Of a DNA stretch of 64,000 nucleotides, positions 46,662 to 59,900 are shown piece by piece. The stretch is from Yuukianura sp. NJ FZ-2021 (Eukaryota): contig CM102285.1 in NCBI GenBank assembly GCA_046563655.1, forward strand, positions 4,898,001 to 4,962,000. The letters are read 5' to 3'. The notes under the pieces are model-generated. The model was not told where the DNA came from, made no database searches, and saw only the letters and a program-made list of their open reading frames with translations. Within the stretch, counting starts at the first letter, position 1, and each line of letters begins with the position of its first letter. Position numbers and translations under genes: made by a program.

Positions 46662-49600
46662 CTTTGTTAGATTAGTTACTTAAATTAACGATTGATAACA
46701 TTAGAAACAAAACTGAAGGAATGATGTATGTGATTTGGAAATACACAAAAGGCAACATGTAGAGATGGATAGAAGATGCGCAATTTGTAGGTAGAGGTAG
46801 ATAGCTTTCTGTAAATTCTTTTGTTAGACACAAAAGCTGAGCCTTTACCATTTTATGTCAACGAGAGGTCTTGTGACAAAGCTTTCCCCGCGCTATTTTC
46901 TATTATAATTTTCACCTTCGATACCGATTTTTCACTCTTGCAAGACTCTATTGACAAATGGTTCTTTTATAAAAGCAGCATTGAGTTAACTAATAGTTAA
47001 TAATGAGAAGAGCTATTTATTGATTCATCTTTCACCGTTCACTTCCGACAATCGATGACCTTGACCTTTGACTAGACTTAAAGTTTCCTGCCAGGATGGT
47101 ACTAAATAGCGAATAATTTTAGGTCATGAAACATTAAAAGCTGAAAACGGATTATGAATTTGTAAAGAATAAGTTGATACGAAAATTGCACTGGACAGAC
47201 AAACATGAAGAAAATTATAAACAAGCTTCTATAATTAATTAATTAATCCTTAGTTGGGATTTAGTGTTAATCTTTAATATCAACTCAATTTTAAATAGCG
47301 AGAAACCCAAGAAGAAAAGGTGTAATAAGATGTTTTCGACGTAGCTGAGGAGTGAAATAAAAGGCTCTTCGACCCAAGGTTGATAAACAGAGAAGTACTT
47401 GTTGTTTCACTGTTTTAGGTTTTTTTTCTTTAAAGTTTTTTCTTTAAGTTTAATCGTTGCAGAAAGTTCAATTTCGATGTCCAGGAACCTTGCTTTGATT
47501 AAACTTGCACGAAAGAAAACTTCCATAATTTACAAAACCTTCTTCGCAAAAAGTTCTTCGTAGTCAATTAGATTAGTTACCCAAAGTAATTAAGAAGTAT
47601 ATACGTACAAATTTGTAACCCGATGCATACTACTATTCAGATGAACTATGGCTTCTGGACTTATTTAATAGCTAAGACTCTATTAATTAAGTTATGCGTT
47701 GGTTCCTTTCTTCGTGCGTCTGTCCAAAAAAGTACAGCCAAGAATCCAATACTGAAAGTAAACAAAAATTCACTTCAGATCTAGAGTTTTATAGAAAATG
47801 AAAATAGAGTTTTTGCTTGCAATTTATTGGCATTTAAACATACGCCATTAAATTAAATTAAAATTTAGTCTAATTCAATTCTAAAAGAATTCTGTTATAG
47901 CCCAAAACTACATTTACTTGAGGTCTATTTTGTTTCATCAAGGTTGCCAATAATTAGTATGCCTAATGGCGTCCTTTGGGAATCTTTGTTATGATTTGAT
48001 TGCCAAGAACGATCTCGAGAGGAGATGCAAAGAGCAGGGAGCGTACTAGTACTCTTAACGCAAATCATGGAATAAAAACAACAAATATTTTGAAAATATT
48101 ATTCCTTATTTTATTATTTGTTATTACATGAAAAAAAGAATCTACGGACGCTGCACTTAGCAATCTTGATCGTTTGAGTTTTTACCGAAGAAAAAAGTGT
48201 AAAACTTAGAAGAGTGGACCAATTGAGGTCAAAGAGGTCATCGCCACCATCAGTTCTCCATTTTACAAAAACTTGGGGGGATAAACAAAAAATTTTGGTC
48301 GGCACATAATCTTCAGTTCATACTCCCACCTGTTCTACTTATCTTTCCTATTCCCACCTGTTGCACCGCTTTATAGAGACTCGGCTTCATAAAACTTAAC
48401 TTTTTCCTTACTCCAGTAAACATTTTCCTGCTAAAGTTCCATCTTCAAATTATTCGTCAGTCAACTCCAAGAATACAACTCAGTTTTCCCGAGTATTACG
48501 ATGGAAAATCTATCTTTTGTAACTCATACTCACTCAAATTTCAACACCGAATGAGAACTTGGACGTAGTCCAAGCAATCAGCAACACCGTCGGCATTGGA
48601 ATTCGTTGCTATTTAAAGCTTTAACTAAAATGTAAAATGTATTTGCAAATTCATTTTGAACTTTGGTTTATATTCCATTATTTTCTGTACTTCCAGCAAT
48701 ATGCTAGTACAGAAAATAATGGATTATATTGCATAAAGTATATTGCAGCAAATTTTCCGCATTTCAATTTGCAAATAAAGTAACATTGAAAATAAAAGTT
48801 TTTTGAGTTTTGTAACTAGTCTTTTCCCCCCAACCCCAATACACCTCCCATTGGAATTCCGTTGCTGAAGTGGCTGGATTTGAGAGAGAGGTGATGTTTT
48901 TGATCCTCTTTCCATAAATTCCATGATTTGGTGTGATTGGCTTTTTAAGCACAGTAGGTGAAGTTCCCAAGTTCTTTATTTTCATCTTCGCCTGACCAGA
49001 TAAATGCCTTGGTCTTTAGCTCTGGAACGAGGGTTCGGTGGAAAAGTGAGGATCTCCCTTGCATACAAAATGAGGGAAGAATCCAGTCCACTTGGCTCTA
49101 CTTTGTACCTTAATTCCAACAACACTGCTCAAATTCATTTCAGGAAGCTTCTGGACGGTCATGTCTGCACCATCATATCGCTGGACTTGCGGATTCGTCT
49201 GGACATGGACTATGTAACTCAGGCTAAATCAGGAATCTCCTTGAATCAGCGGGGCAGAGAGTGCGGACCTGTGACTGAACGACGCAGGTCCATAAGTGAC
49301 CGCTCAAAAGTTTCCCGTTACCGCTCACATCGCAACCTCCATTGAGTGGAGTCGAGGAGAGTTCTTGGAATTGCCAAGGGAAGGTGAAGCGACCAGGTGG
49401 AAGGTCTCTCGATTCCTCAAAATCCAAAAAAAAATCTACAAGAAAAAATCCCCAGGAATAAAAAAATCCACTGCCCAAATGGGGACAGGCAGGCGGAGGA
49501 GAATCCACGGCATTTTTATCATCTTCTCCTCCAAGCTTCCATTATTCTTCATTCCCATCACAAAGTCCAACCATTACCACTGCTCCAAGACTTCCTTTTA

Positions 49601-52600
49601 AATTACTCTTCTTCTCACACATTCATTTCAAATGCAAAGCACACAACTCCCCTTGACAATCACAAGATTATCATAAAGTAATCAAAACCACCTTCAACAA
49701 CCAAATTATTTTCTCCAATATTCTAGAAATCCGATTGACGACGGCGTCCATTCCGATGTTCCGGGAATTGAGGCATCCCTTCCTATTTCGTGTAACGGCG
49801 TCAATTGTAATTTTCCGGGAACAGCGGCGTTCATTCCGATTTCCCGGGCCGATGCATGAGCAACGCTCGGCCATCATTAACGTCCTATTAGTTCATAAGT
49901 TAATGGCATAGAGTGCGACCTAATGACGATGAATTTTCGCTCGTTACATCTTTTAGAATGTCATATTACGAATGTTTTCGCACAGCAAAGTTTGAAGTCC
50001 AACATTCGTAATATTTGAAAACATTCTAAAAGATGATGAGAAGTTGAGATGAACAGAAAATGATGAGTCTGGACTCAACTCAACATTTTCTGTTCATCTC
50101 AACTTTTAGCATTTACTTGGAAATAAGGAAACAAAAAGCCAAGGAATGGCTTTGAAATTGAAATTTGTCGGATGAAAAGAGTTCATAACTGGGTAATAAT
50201 TCGGAAAATTGTTATTGACTAAAAGCAAAGGTTGTTGTTGCTTGTGAGGTAATTATTTGGCTTCTCCACAGTGAGGCACTGGGCCCCTTTCTGCCTCATT
50301 CGAAACCGGAACTTTAGCCCCTCGATTGACTGTGGCCCTTCGACCTCCTCTCATCCTTGATTTTACACTGACATGGGAAATGAACGTACACAAAAAAAAA
50401 GAGGCAAGAGGCAAAATGGGCAAAATGATCTGAGTAGAAAAAAGTGAGTATTGGGTTGATTACCACGAAGAACCGTTCACTCGTGTCCTCTGGCGAAGAT
50501 GAATGAACCGGACCGGTCATTCAGCCTTCTTCGTTGTCATGGTTACGAAACACTCCAAAAACGTTAGCACTTACCATGGCAGGTGAATAGTACACAAACA
50601 TGACCGATTGTCTGCCCAATCCCTGAACCATTTCAGTCGATTGAATGAAATATTCATTAGCCACAATTTCTAACTTGTAAACGCGTCTTTTTCTTTTCAA
50701 TATTCAAAATGATTGAACCCATCGATATGAGCGGAGAATCGGTAGGAAGTGCTATTTTCGTTCGAGATGTTGACAGGTCTATTGTCAGCACAGTAGGGGG
50801 CTAAGTGCGGTACAACCGAGACAAATCGGTGTCTACTCAAAATTATCTGAAAATTTGGAGAAAGTGAATCCAACAGTTTAGCAGCCGCAGTTCACTTTGT
50901 CATTGGTTAAAATTCTGTTAATTTTGATAGAATGGAAGTTGCCCATTATTGATTTAGTAAACTTATATAATTTTAATTGATTTTTATAAAAACAAAGGAT
51001 TGATTTGAATATTTTCAATTATATCAACTTATACTATAAATGGATACTACTAGCTCGGTGTATTTAGGAATTTGAGGAGTCCACTCGTTAAAAGCATAGA
51101 ATGCTTTATTTAAACTGAAAAAAGACCATTTGAATGATGACACTTATCCAAACTGTTCTCGGGGGTATTTTGTTCAATTAATCCCTCCAGTGAAAGTTGT
51201 ATGATTTGGAACGTTCCCACACTAGTGGAGCGATGGAACGTGAGAGGAGCGAATAGATAGAGTGTCGGGGAGCTTAGATTTCTTTTGGTTGTGTAAAGTG
51301 AAATTTTAAAAAATTAGGAAGAAAGGGTCACAGGGAGACTTGAAAGGGTCAATTTTTATTTTTCATTGGTCATCCGGGGAATCCCTGGGAAAATGTGCAT
51401 GAGACAACAGGAGACGACCCTACTTGTTCACATTTTTAATAATCTTCCCCCACCATATTCAAACCTCGATTCAAAGATTCTTATATGCTCAACCTCAAAA
51501 GCTGGGATCCCACAGTGATTCAGTCCTCAGATGATGATTCATTAATGACAGTATAAGTAAACATAATGTCAGTCATGCGAATAAAGGAATTTCCGAACTA
51601 CCCGCTTCAAATCGCCAAAAATCTTGCAGCTAATGAACTTACGTCGTTAGTATATTAGCTACTAGACAAAAAAAAAATATAATATGCATCTATTAAAAAA
51701 ATCTGCAAGTTTTGAAATGTGTTTTTTAAATTTCGACTCTCATTGGAAATATGTCATTCCATCGTATTTTTGTTAAAAAAAAAGAGTAAGAATTGGTGTG
51801 TTTTATTTAGATTCTAATGTAATATGTTTCTCTTGTTCATATTAAAAATTCTAATTGTAAGTTCAAGGTAGATCTTCCCTTAAACTGTTTCGTCTAGGGA
51901 TTTTTTTCCTTTTGTATTCAATTCATCATGCCAGTTTTCTGAATTCGTAAATTTTGTTTCCACAATTGGCAACTAAATACAAGCATAGGCTTTGCTGTCT
52001 ACGAATAACCGAAGCAGGGTCAGAAGTATAGGTTGTTTTATTTTCCGTTTCTTTTTGCTTTTATGTGTTCGATTCATGGCAGCATGTTGGAAGGAAAACT
52101 TTTTATTTTTATAAGCATATTGCCGTAGGTTTTACATACGCAAAGGAAAATTATTAATTTTTACCTCAAAGCCTTGTATTTCTCAAGGAATAACTAACAC
52201 ACGTACTTAGCAACCCAAACACAATTAGAATATTGTTTATGATGAGTGACATAAGTAGAATTAGTGTCCATTTAAAGTAAAAAACGCTCTTAAACAGATA
52301 AGCAGTCTTAAGCTCATCTTTCACCCATTAATGTTCTACCTGCAACGAGATTTTAAGGAGTTTAGTACGGAATCGGAATAGAAAGTACACCTTTGTGAAG
52401 ATGAGGGTAGTGGAAGTATGTGGTGGGAATAAAAATTAAAAAATAACCAAGTGCGGGAGTAGACGCCACAAAAGCTGACATTGGGCTCGACCTGTACGAA
52501 TGTGAAATTTAGCTAAGGTTAAAAGTTGGAGACGAGCAGTGAGCTAACCAAGACTCGAAATTTTTTTGGCAAAAAAAGGTGTTTGCTCCTATGAGGCAGA

Positions 52601-53972
52601 AGAGTATGAAACTTGGTTGAATTTGGGAGAAAAAGGTGTATTTGCGTTGTTTGTGGAGAGAAGTGTTTTTTTGTTTGAATATTTGATTCCGTTTGTCCAT
52701 TATTCTGTAAGAAGAAGAATGGGGTAGAATAGGGTAGGGGTGAATGTTAGAGTCTCAAGGGATGATTGGGCATATGGAAGGGGTGAAAAGTCTTGATTCC
52801 AAAGGAGCTGCGGCAACACAGTGTCCGACGAACCTTTTGGCCTCTTCTGCGTCCCTCGACGCTCACCTACCTCTACCTCTGACACTACATTACCCAACCA
52901 CTCCTCAGTCAAATCCTGTCTGACCACCGAGCATACAAGATTCAGTCCAGTTAGGAGCCAAAACCACTCCAGCAATCATACTAATCAACGACGCAGTTCC
53001 GCCACCGGGAGAAAGCAGTTCTCAAAGTGAAAGTTCAGTTCTCAACGCTCATTTGATCTCTATGGAGTCTCAACACAACTCTTCGCAAAGGCACGCAACT
53101 CCTTTTATCCAATTTAGCTTTGTACAGCATTACGGCCAAGAACAAAAGACTGCCAGCAGGAGGTTTGATAAAATCCCTTAAAACCCTCAGCATTTCTTAA
53201 AAAGTCTTAAGTGTTCAAGGATCTTCATTTCGAGCAGAAAAACACAGGGACACTTTTCCTCTCATTTCCAAGTACAGGATGTTCCCTGCCTTTCCTTCTT
53301 ACCTATTCTTTTAAGGATTCTTCATAACAGGGCTATTTTTTATTGAAAATATGGAGCGTGGTTTGAGTGGAATGGTTCATGCACGGTCTTCCAATCCTGC
53401 GTAGAAATTAGGGTTTCACTTCATTGGGAACGAAGATGAGGGAAGATAGAGACGCTACAATTTACAATTTGAAGGATTTGACCCAAACTTTAAAGTTTTT
53501 TTTTCATTAATTTTTTTTTAAAGTAAGTCATTTTATACAATCAGTTTTTAGAAAGTTATGCAGAATTTTTTTTTAAACCAGAGATTTAAGCACTGGGTTA
53601 TAGCAGCTTTAATGTTAGGTTTTTAGTCAGGTTAATAACGTTATAGGTTTTGAAATTTTAACACCAATGCTATAATGTTTGAATTTTGGAGTTCTTGGTT
53701 AATTATAGTTTAAGCATGGCATGGCACTGAGTGCTGTGGCTGGAGTCCTAACTCCAAATTTACCATGTATGTTGACTTGCAGGATCGCTGCCTAATTTCG
53801 TTTCAAGTCGTGTCCGCTAGGCTTCAGGACGACGCTGATAGGCGGTTCCTGTGGGGAGGAGCGCTTCTGCTCCCCCACCAAAGACACATTGGAGGACTCC
53901 CTGGAGCGGAAGGAGCACGAGTTCCGGTTCCTCATTGAACGCGTCAAGGGCGAAGACTTGCGCGTGGGGCGC

Positions 53973-56900
53973 ATGTCGTCAACGGAACTGGGGCCGGCTG
54001 ACACGGCAGTGACCTCTGCCCCCTCCCCTGCACAAACGTCAGATCCCGCCACAATCACACCGCTCACGAACACTACAGAGTGGAGGCCCTACACTTTCGA
54101 ACACCCCCTGACTGCCGCCACGTCGGCCATGCTCAACATTAGTGGCGCTTCTGACGACCCATCCTCCGGTTTCGGAATCCTGTACGACTACCACTACGGC
54201 AAGATGGGTCAGCTGAGCCATGTTATTACTCAAGGGGATACGCACGGTCAGAAAGGAGAAAAGACACTGTCTGCAGATATCTGGTCGTAAGCACTCTCAC
54301 AACTTACTCTTACTCCAATTCCTCTTCATTCACAAAATTAGACCCAAAACTGGATTTTCCGGAATGGGAACTTGGAAGTGGGAAGTGGATTTGGGCAACC
54401 AAGTGTAGTCCTATCCAGATCTCACCAAAAAACCTGAATCCACCCTCTCACAAATAATAACTTCTACCTCAATTTCTTCATTTCCCATATTTTTCCTACT
54501 CGAATTCCTGTCTTCCTTCTATACGTTAGGAATTGTTATCCACATCGCCTATACTCATAAGCCGTTATGTTTTGGAAACAATTTCTTGAAGCACTTACCT
54601 TACGTTAGTTGAAACAAAGGTTCACCTTGTTCTAAGATCATTTTCTAATTAAAGCGTGTAACGGTCCCACGTAAAAGTAGACAGATTTTTTTTTACAAAT
54701 ACTCTCCCCCTATACGCATAGCGAAGGAAAGGAGGGAGTTTAAAATTTTTGGGCGTTTTAAACAAAAACCGTATTGACTCTGGCAAAAAAACCAACAGTT
54801 AATAAGAATTCGTAACTGGTTTTTATTTAAATTCCATCTCAGAATAGGCAACCCGGCAAAGGATTTCCTCACAAAACTTGCATAAATCTTTAACTTAATT
54901 GTATACGGGAGAAAGTACTACCAGAGAAAGTACCAAACTACTGCAGACATTAAGTAGCGTTAAGAACGAAAAAATATAACTTCAAGTTATATTTATTCTC
55001 CAGCTATATCTTACCCAAGGCATGTGTTCTTGCTCTAACGAATTAATTTGCCCGATGTCCATTTATGGGTTAAATTCGTTTTCAAATTCTCCAGCAGTAG
55101 AAAAGCGACAGACCGCAGACGAGAGACACTTAAGAATTAATCGCCCTAATGGAGCCGACTCGGTGTTCCTCAAAAAAATATCTCTCAAAAAAATATCTCG
55201 TTTAAACCTACATCAATCTTGCCTAACATACAGGAATCGGGGCAATCTTCCAAACTTCGTAGATATTTTGCTAAAATAAGATCATATTCATCATTTACAA
55301 TCGGTAGCAACAATTTTGCGGCGTACGCGGTGGCAGAGTGACAAATCGAAATGTTTTTCGTCAATTCTTCGGACCTCAGTACGTTGTTATCCACATAACC
55401 AAAACGAATTAGCTGCGTTTGCTATTTAATAATTAGTAATCCAATCCTCTTTTCTTTTCAACACTTCTGGCTTAAGTAATAACAGTGGACTTTGGAACTA
55501 CCTTTCACCGTATCTTATGAACAGTCATAACGTTCCCATCCTGCTTATATTCCCCAACAGCAATAATTGTTCTTCCACTCTTTCGAGGAAATAAAGACGC
55601 AAGGAGATGAAGCTAGGTCATAAAATTTTGGTTTGAACATACTCCACTGATTTAAGTTAGGGTGAAATCACATTCACAATGTCGCCTTCAGATCAAGTGT
55701 CCCTGATATCCAGTGAATCCATCTCTCTCTTCTTCGATGAGTACAATTGAGTTAATTCCTCATAAATTATGCAAATGACTTCGTATGTGGATGTGGCAAG
55801 GCGCACCCTCAGGTCCTTTCGTTGACAATTGACATGCGACAAGTGGAGAGAGAGAGAGGCTTTTGCTAATTAGAATTCTAAAGATTGGGGTTCATTTATG
55901 CATGACAGACACTGTGTCCTGCACAGATCTGCACTGGGGAAACGCCTTCTGGGGCCGGATGGGTGCTGATCTGAGGAAGGCACTCCCTCTGTAGGGAGGT
56001 GATTGTGACTTACTACCCTCCCCACTACCAATATCCATCAATCAAATACTCAATTCGCACTCTGACAGCATCAAACCACGGCCTACACATACCCGTTCAA
56101 TCTCATTCTGTATGCTCAACTGACACCCTTTTCACCAATTCAACAATCCAACCCTATTAATGCGGAATTCACATTTCCAAAATGTAAATTCAAGTGGGCA
56201 ATTAAATCATGCAAGCATAAAATTTCGATCCTGATGAAATTCATCAGTCGAGACCCAGTTAAAATCAACATCCAATTCCGCTTAGTTTTTGCTCTAATGA
56301 ATTTATAATTCCATACAAGCAAAGATTTTAGTATGACAATTTGTTCCTAAAAACGTTTGACCTTTTCTGTTTTTTTAAACCTAACTTCCAATAGAAGCTC
56401 TTTGAAAATTTAATTACCGTAGTATGAAAGATATCATGGTAAAACTGAGAAAAGACGGACATGAGTCGTCTTGTAATAAAAGTGAGTCCCAATTTTTTTA
56501 CGCAAACGCAGTGAGTGCTGAGTGACCAAGAGTCAATATGGCCTTGATTTTCTCTGATATTGGCAAATGAATGAATTTAACAAGAGAGGTGCTTACTTGT
56601 AATTATAAAAGGATTTCTATGTTAATATGACTTGTTTTTTTTCCAAATGGCACATTGAATCACTGGCTCAATAAGTTAACCACGTCTCCAATAAGACTAT
56701 TCAGCTTTTGTTCATCTAATGTCTGTCATCCTCTCAAACGCTACTTGTTTCTCCGAAAATGAGGTTCTCCAAACTACTTGCTTCTCCGAAATTAAGATTC
56801 TCTCAATCGCTACTTGTTCTCCGAAGTTGAGATTCCCTCGAACGCACATTGCATTGAGAATAATCCTCTCAAATGCTGAATTTTAATCAACCCGAATTTC

Positions 56901-59900
56901 TTACGAAAACGCAAACCAATACGTTGTAGTGTAGTCATAGTTATGTCGTATGTAACCTAACCTAAACTTTCCTTTAACCTCTGCTCTGTATGACCGGGAG
57001 TGGACGTGTAAACGCTTCGTTAGAGAGAGTGTCAAACCCAAAAAGAACGCGATGCGCATTCCAAATTTAAGATTACCTATGCAAACGCCGTTGGTTATGG
57101 AGACCACCGGCTTTTGTATATATCGTATGACCCTATGTAACCGCCTTCTGGGTCAAAGGTTAACTAGTATTTGTTTCACTGTTTCACAATTCTTTCGCTA
57201 CTTACTCACATTCCGGTTTACATTCGGTTTAATTGCATTCAGGGTTACAACCGGTTTAATATTTGTTTTGTGGATACGACAATACTCAAGTCCCTTTCAC
57301 TTTTAGCGGCTTTATACATAATTTTTGCTGATAGGCAGATAGACAAACAATACAAAACCATATAAGTAGCTTCGTTTACTTTCATTAGGAAAGTCTGTAG
57401 GTTTATGACTGTTTACACTTAGATTTTTCACCCCAACTAATTATGAATACCCAAAATTGAACTTTGTTCTCTAAACATCGTTCATTAGATTCTAATATGG
57501 AAAGTGTCTTCAATTTAATTAAATAGAAATTAATTGCAAACTACTGCCACTCAACAGGTCTCTTTCGGATTGCACAACTGAACTATTGTTTACTTTTGCG
57601 TTATTTCTTACACCTCCTTTTTTTTATTGACAGGCCCGTGGTAGTGAGCACTATCGAGGGTGGGACAAAATCCAACGGTGACATCGGTGAAGGTTATAAT
57701 TCATCCAAACTATGTTCTGTACTTCGAAGAGGTGGGGAGGCCAAGATCCAGAAGATGTCTCAGAATGGACAACGATACTCAAACGGAGACCTCAGTCCGC
57801 ACCACCAACCGCTGCAGTCACCGTCACAAACACCTCACCCCACAGTTCAAAGTCATCCAACTGGGGTCATTATACTTAAAGAAGAAGGGCCAAGGTCACC
57901 CGGTAGCCCAAGAAATAACATCACTTCCCTTCACCTTGTCAGTCCTCCAGCACCATTGACACCCACTTCTGTATCTCCCAACGACGATCAACGAGAGTAT
58001 CATTCACCACAACTTTTTGCCACACTGTCCAACCCCATTCACACTAGTCATTATGACTTCGTGGGGTGCGGACCGGCTGGAGCCGCTCAGTTTGGGCCGA
58101 CTGTACGCGGCGGAGTGTATCCTCTGGGAAATTCTCCAAACGAGCCATACTATCGAGTTGACTTCTTTGCAAATGAGTTCGGAGCAAGCGGAGTGACAAC
58201 GGCAAGTCGACAGTTAAGTCCATACGATGGGGGCCATGGCCCAGAGACAGGCCCTTCTTTCGCTGATAGATATGCACGCTCAAGCAACTATAAGCAAGGC
58301 CAGGGGGCGCTGCCTGTGGACCTTCCATCTCCCGACTCAGGAATTGGAGCAGAAACGATACCTCCCAGAGACAATTCCAGCATCCAGGAGGTACGAAATA
58401 GAGAAAAGACTTTGAAAAAATTCATTCACCCAACTAAACATTAGTTGGGTGAATGGCTTAGGCTGCCTACATGCTATTTAATTTCAAGATTGATGCTATT
58501 TTGGCTTTTAATTTAATTATATGTATTTGATTTTAGAGCTTCGACTACAGCGACCTCTGCCAGCAAAATCTCCTTGGAGAAATGAGTGGACGTGCTTCCC
58601 CTGCACATTCCCAGCACTCGCAGTCTCACACTCAAATTAAATCATCCAGGCCCTGGCATGACTTTGGAAGACAAAATGAGGGCGATAAAATACAAATTCC
58701 AAAGCTGTAAGACGCTTTAACACAAAAACACTTTCTACACCAAACTTAAATCCCAACTGTACTCACGTTATAATTTCTAGGTTTTCCAATTTCGGGTTTC
58801 GCTATCACCTGGAATCCCCAATTTCTACAAGTCAGAGGAGGGAGGACGATAGAATAACGTACATCAACAAAGGACAGTTCTACGGAATTTCTCTTGATTT
58901 CATTCCATCTTCAGAAAAACAAATCAAATCACAAACAGTCAAGGTAACTCATCCATTTTTCGTAACGCATCCATTGCTATCCTTTGCTATCCATTGCTTT
59001 ACATAGAATATTGAAAAGTTAAATCGTCTCTGTTTGGAGTGGTAATTCTCCGTTGTAAAATATGTTTTATATGTATAACGAATTTATATATCACATGCAA
59101 GGTGTTACGCATGTACAACATATGTATAATCTATTTACATGTTATACATAATTAATTATGTTACCTTGTATAACATCGGTATCATGCATCCATGTTATAA
59201 CTAATTATGTTACATGTATAGCATACGTATCATGCATGTATTTACATAGTATACATAATTATACCACATGTATAACTTATGTATATACCTACAATGTATT
59301 ATACATATGGTATTTATATATGCATTCATTTGTACTGAAGGTACTGTACGCTCACTTGTTTTTTTTAATACAATCAATGGCGTCGGCCAGTTGTATAAAG
59401 TCAATTAATTTGATTTCCACATCAACTTCAAAATTAAATAGTAATTCTAGAGCATTCATAATGATTAGAACAGAAAAGCCGTAGAAGACGAAACCATATG
59501 ACTATTAATATAGTTCTGACTCCTAATTTTAAACTTTCGTTTTTAGAGCGTGGTCATGCTGGTCTTCCGCGAAGAGAAAAGTCCTGAAGACGAAATCAAA
59601 GCGTGGCAATTCTGGCATGGGAGACAACACTCTGTAAAGCAAAGGATTCTCGATGCAGGTATGATGCTCATGTTTACCTTAATTAGTTTTGTAGCCAGTG
59701 CTTCTAAAGGTTACCGCACACCGGATGGCGCCGACTGTCGGCGGTTGTCTGCTCTACTTTTTCTGTCCACTTTGCTATGGCACACCAGAAAAAGTAGCCG
59801 CCGAACTTTTTCTTTCCGTCGAAGTGGAAAGAAAAAGTTCGTCTCACTTTCGTCGTTCCACACCGCACACCAAGATTCGCTGTCGGCTCCACTCTTTCTG

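Noticed and set aside
49004..49877. Cluster of short ORFs and three degenerate ACGGCGTC..TTCCGGGA repeats
   Set aside because: No recognisable domain or consistent splice model.
59070..59330. ORF 59158-59484 and TACATGTATA-rich tract
   Set aside because: Low-complexity intronic sequence.
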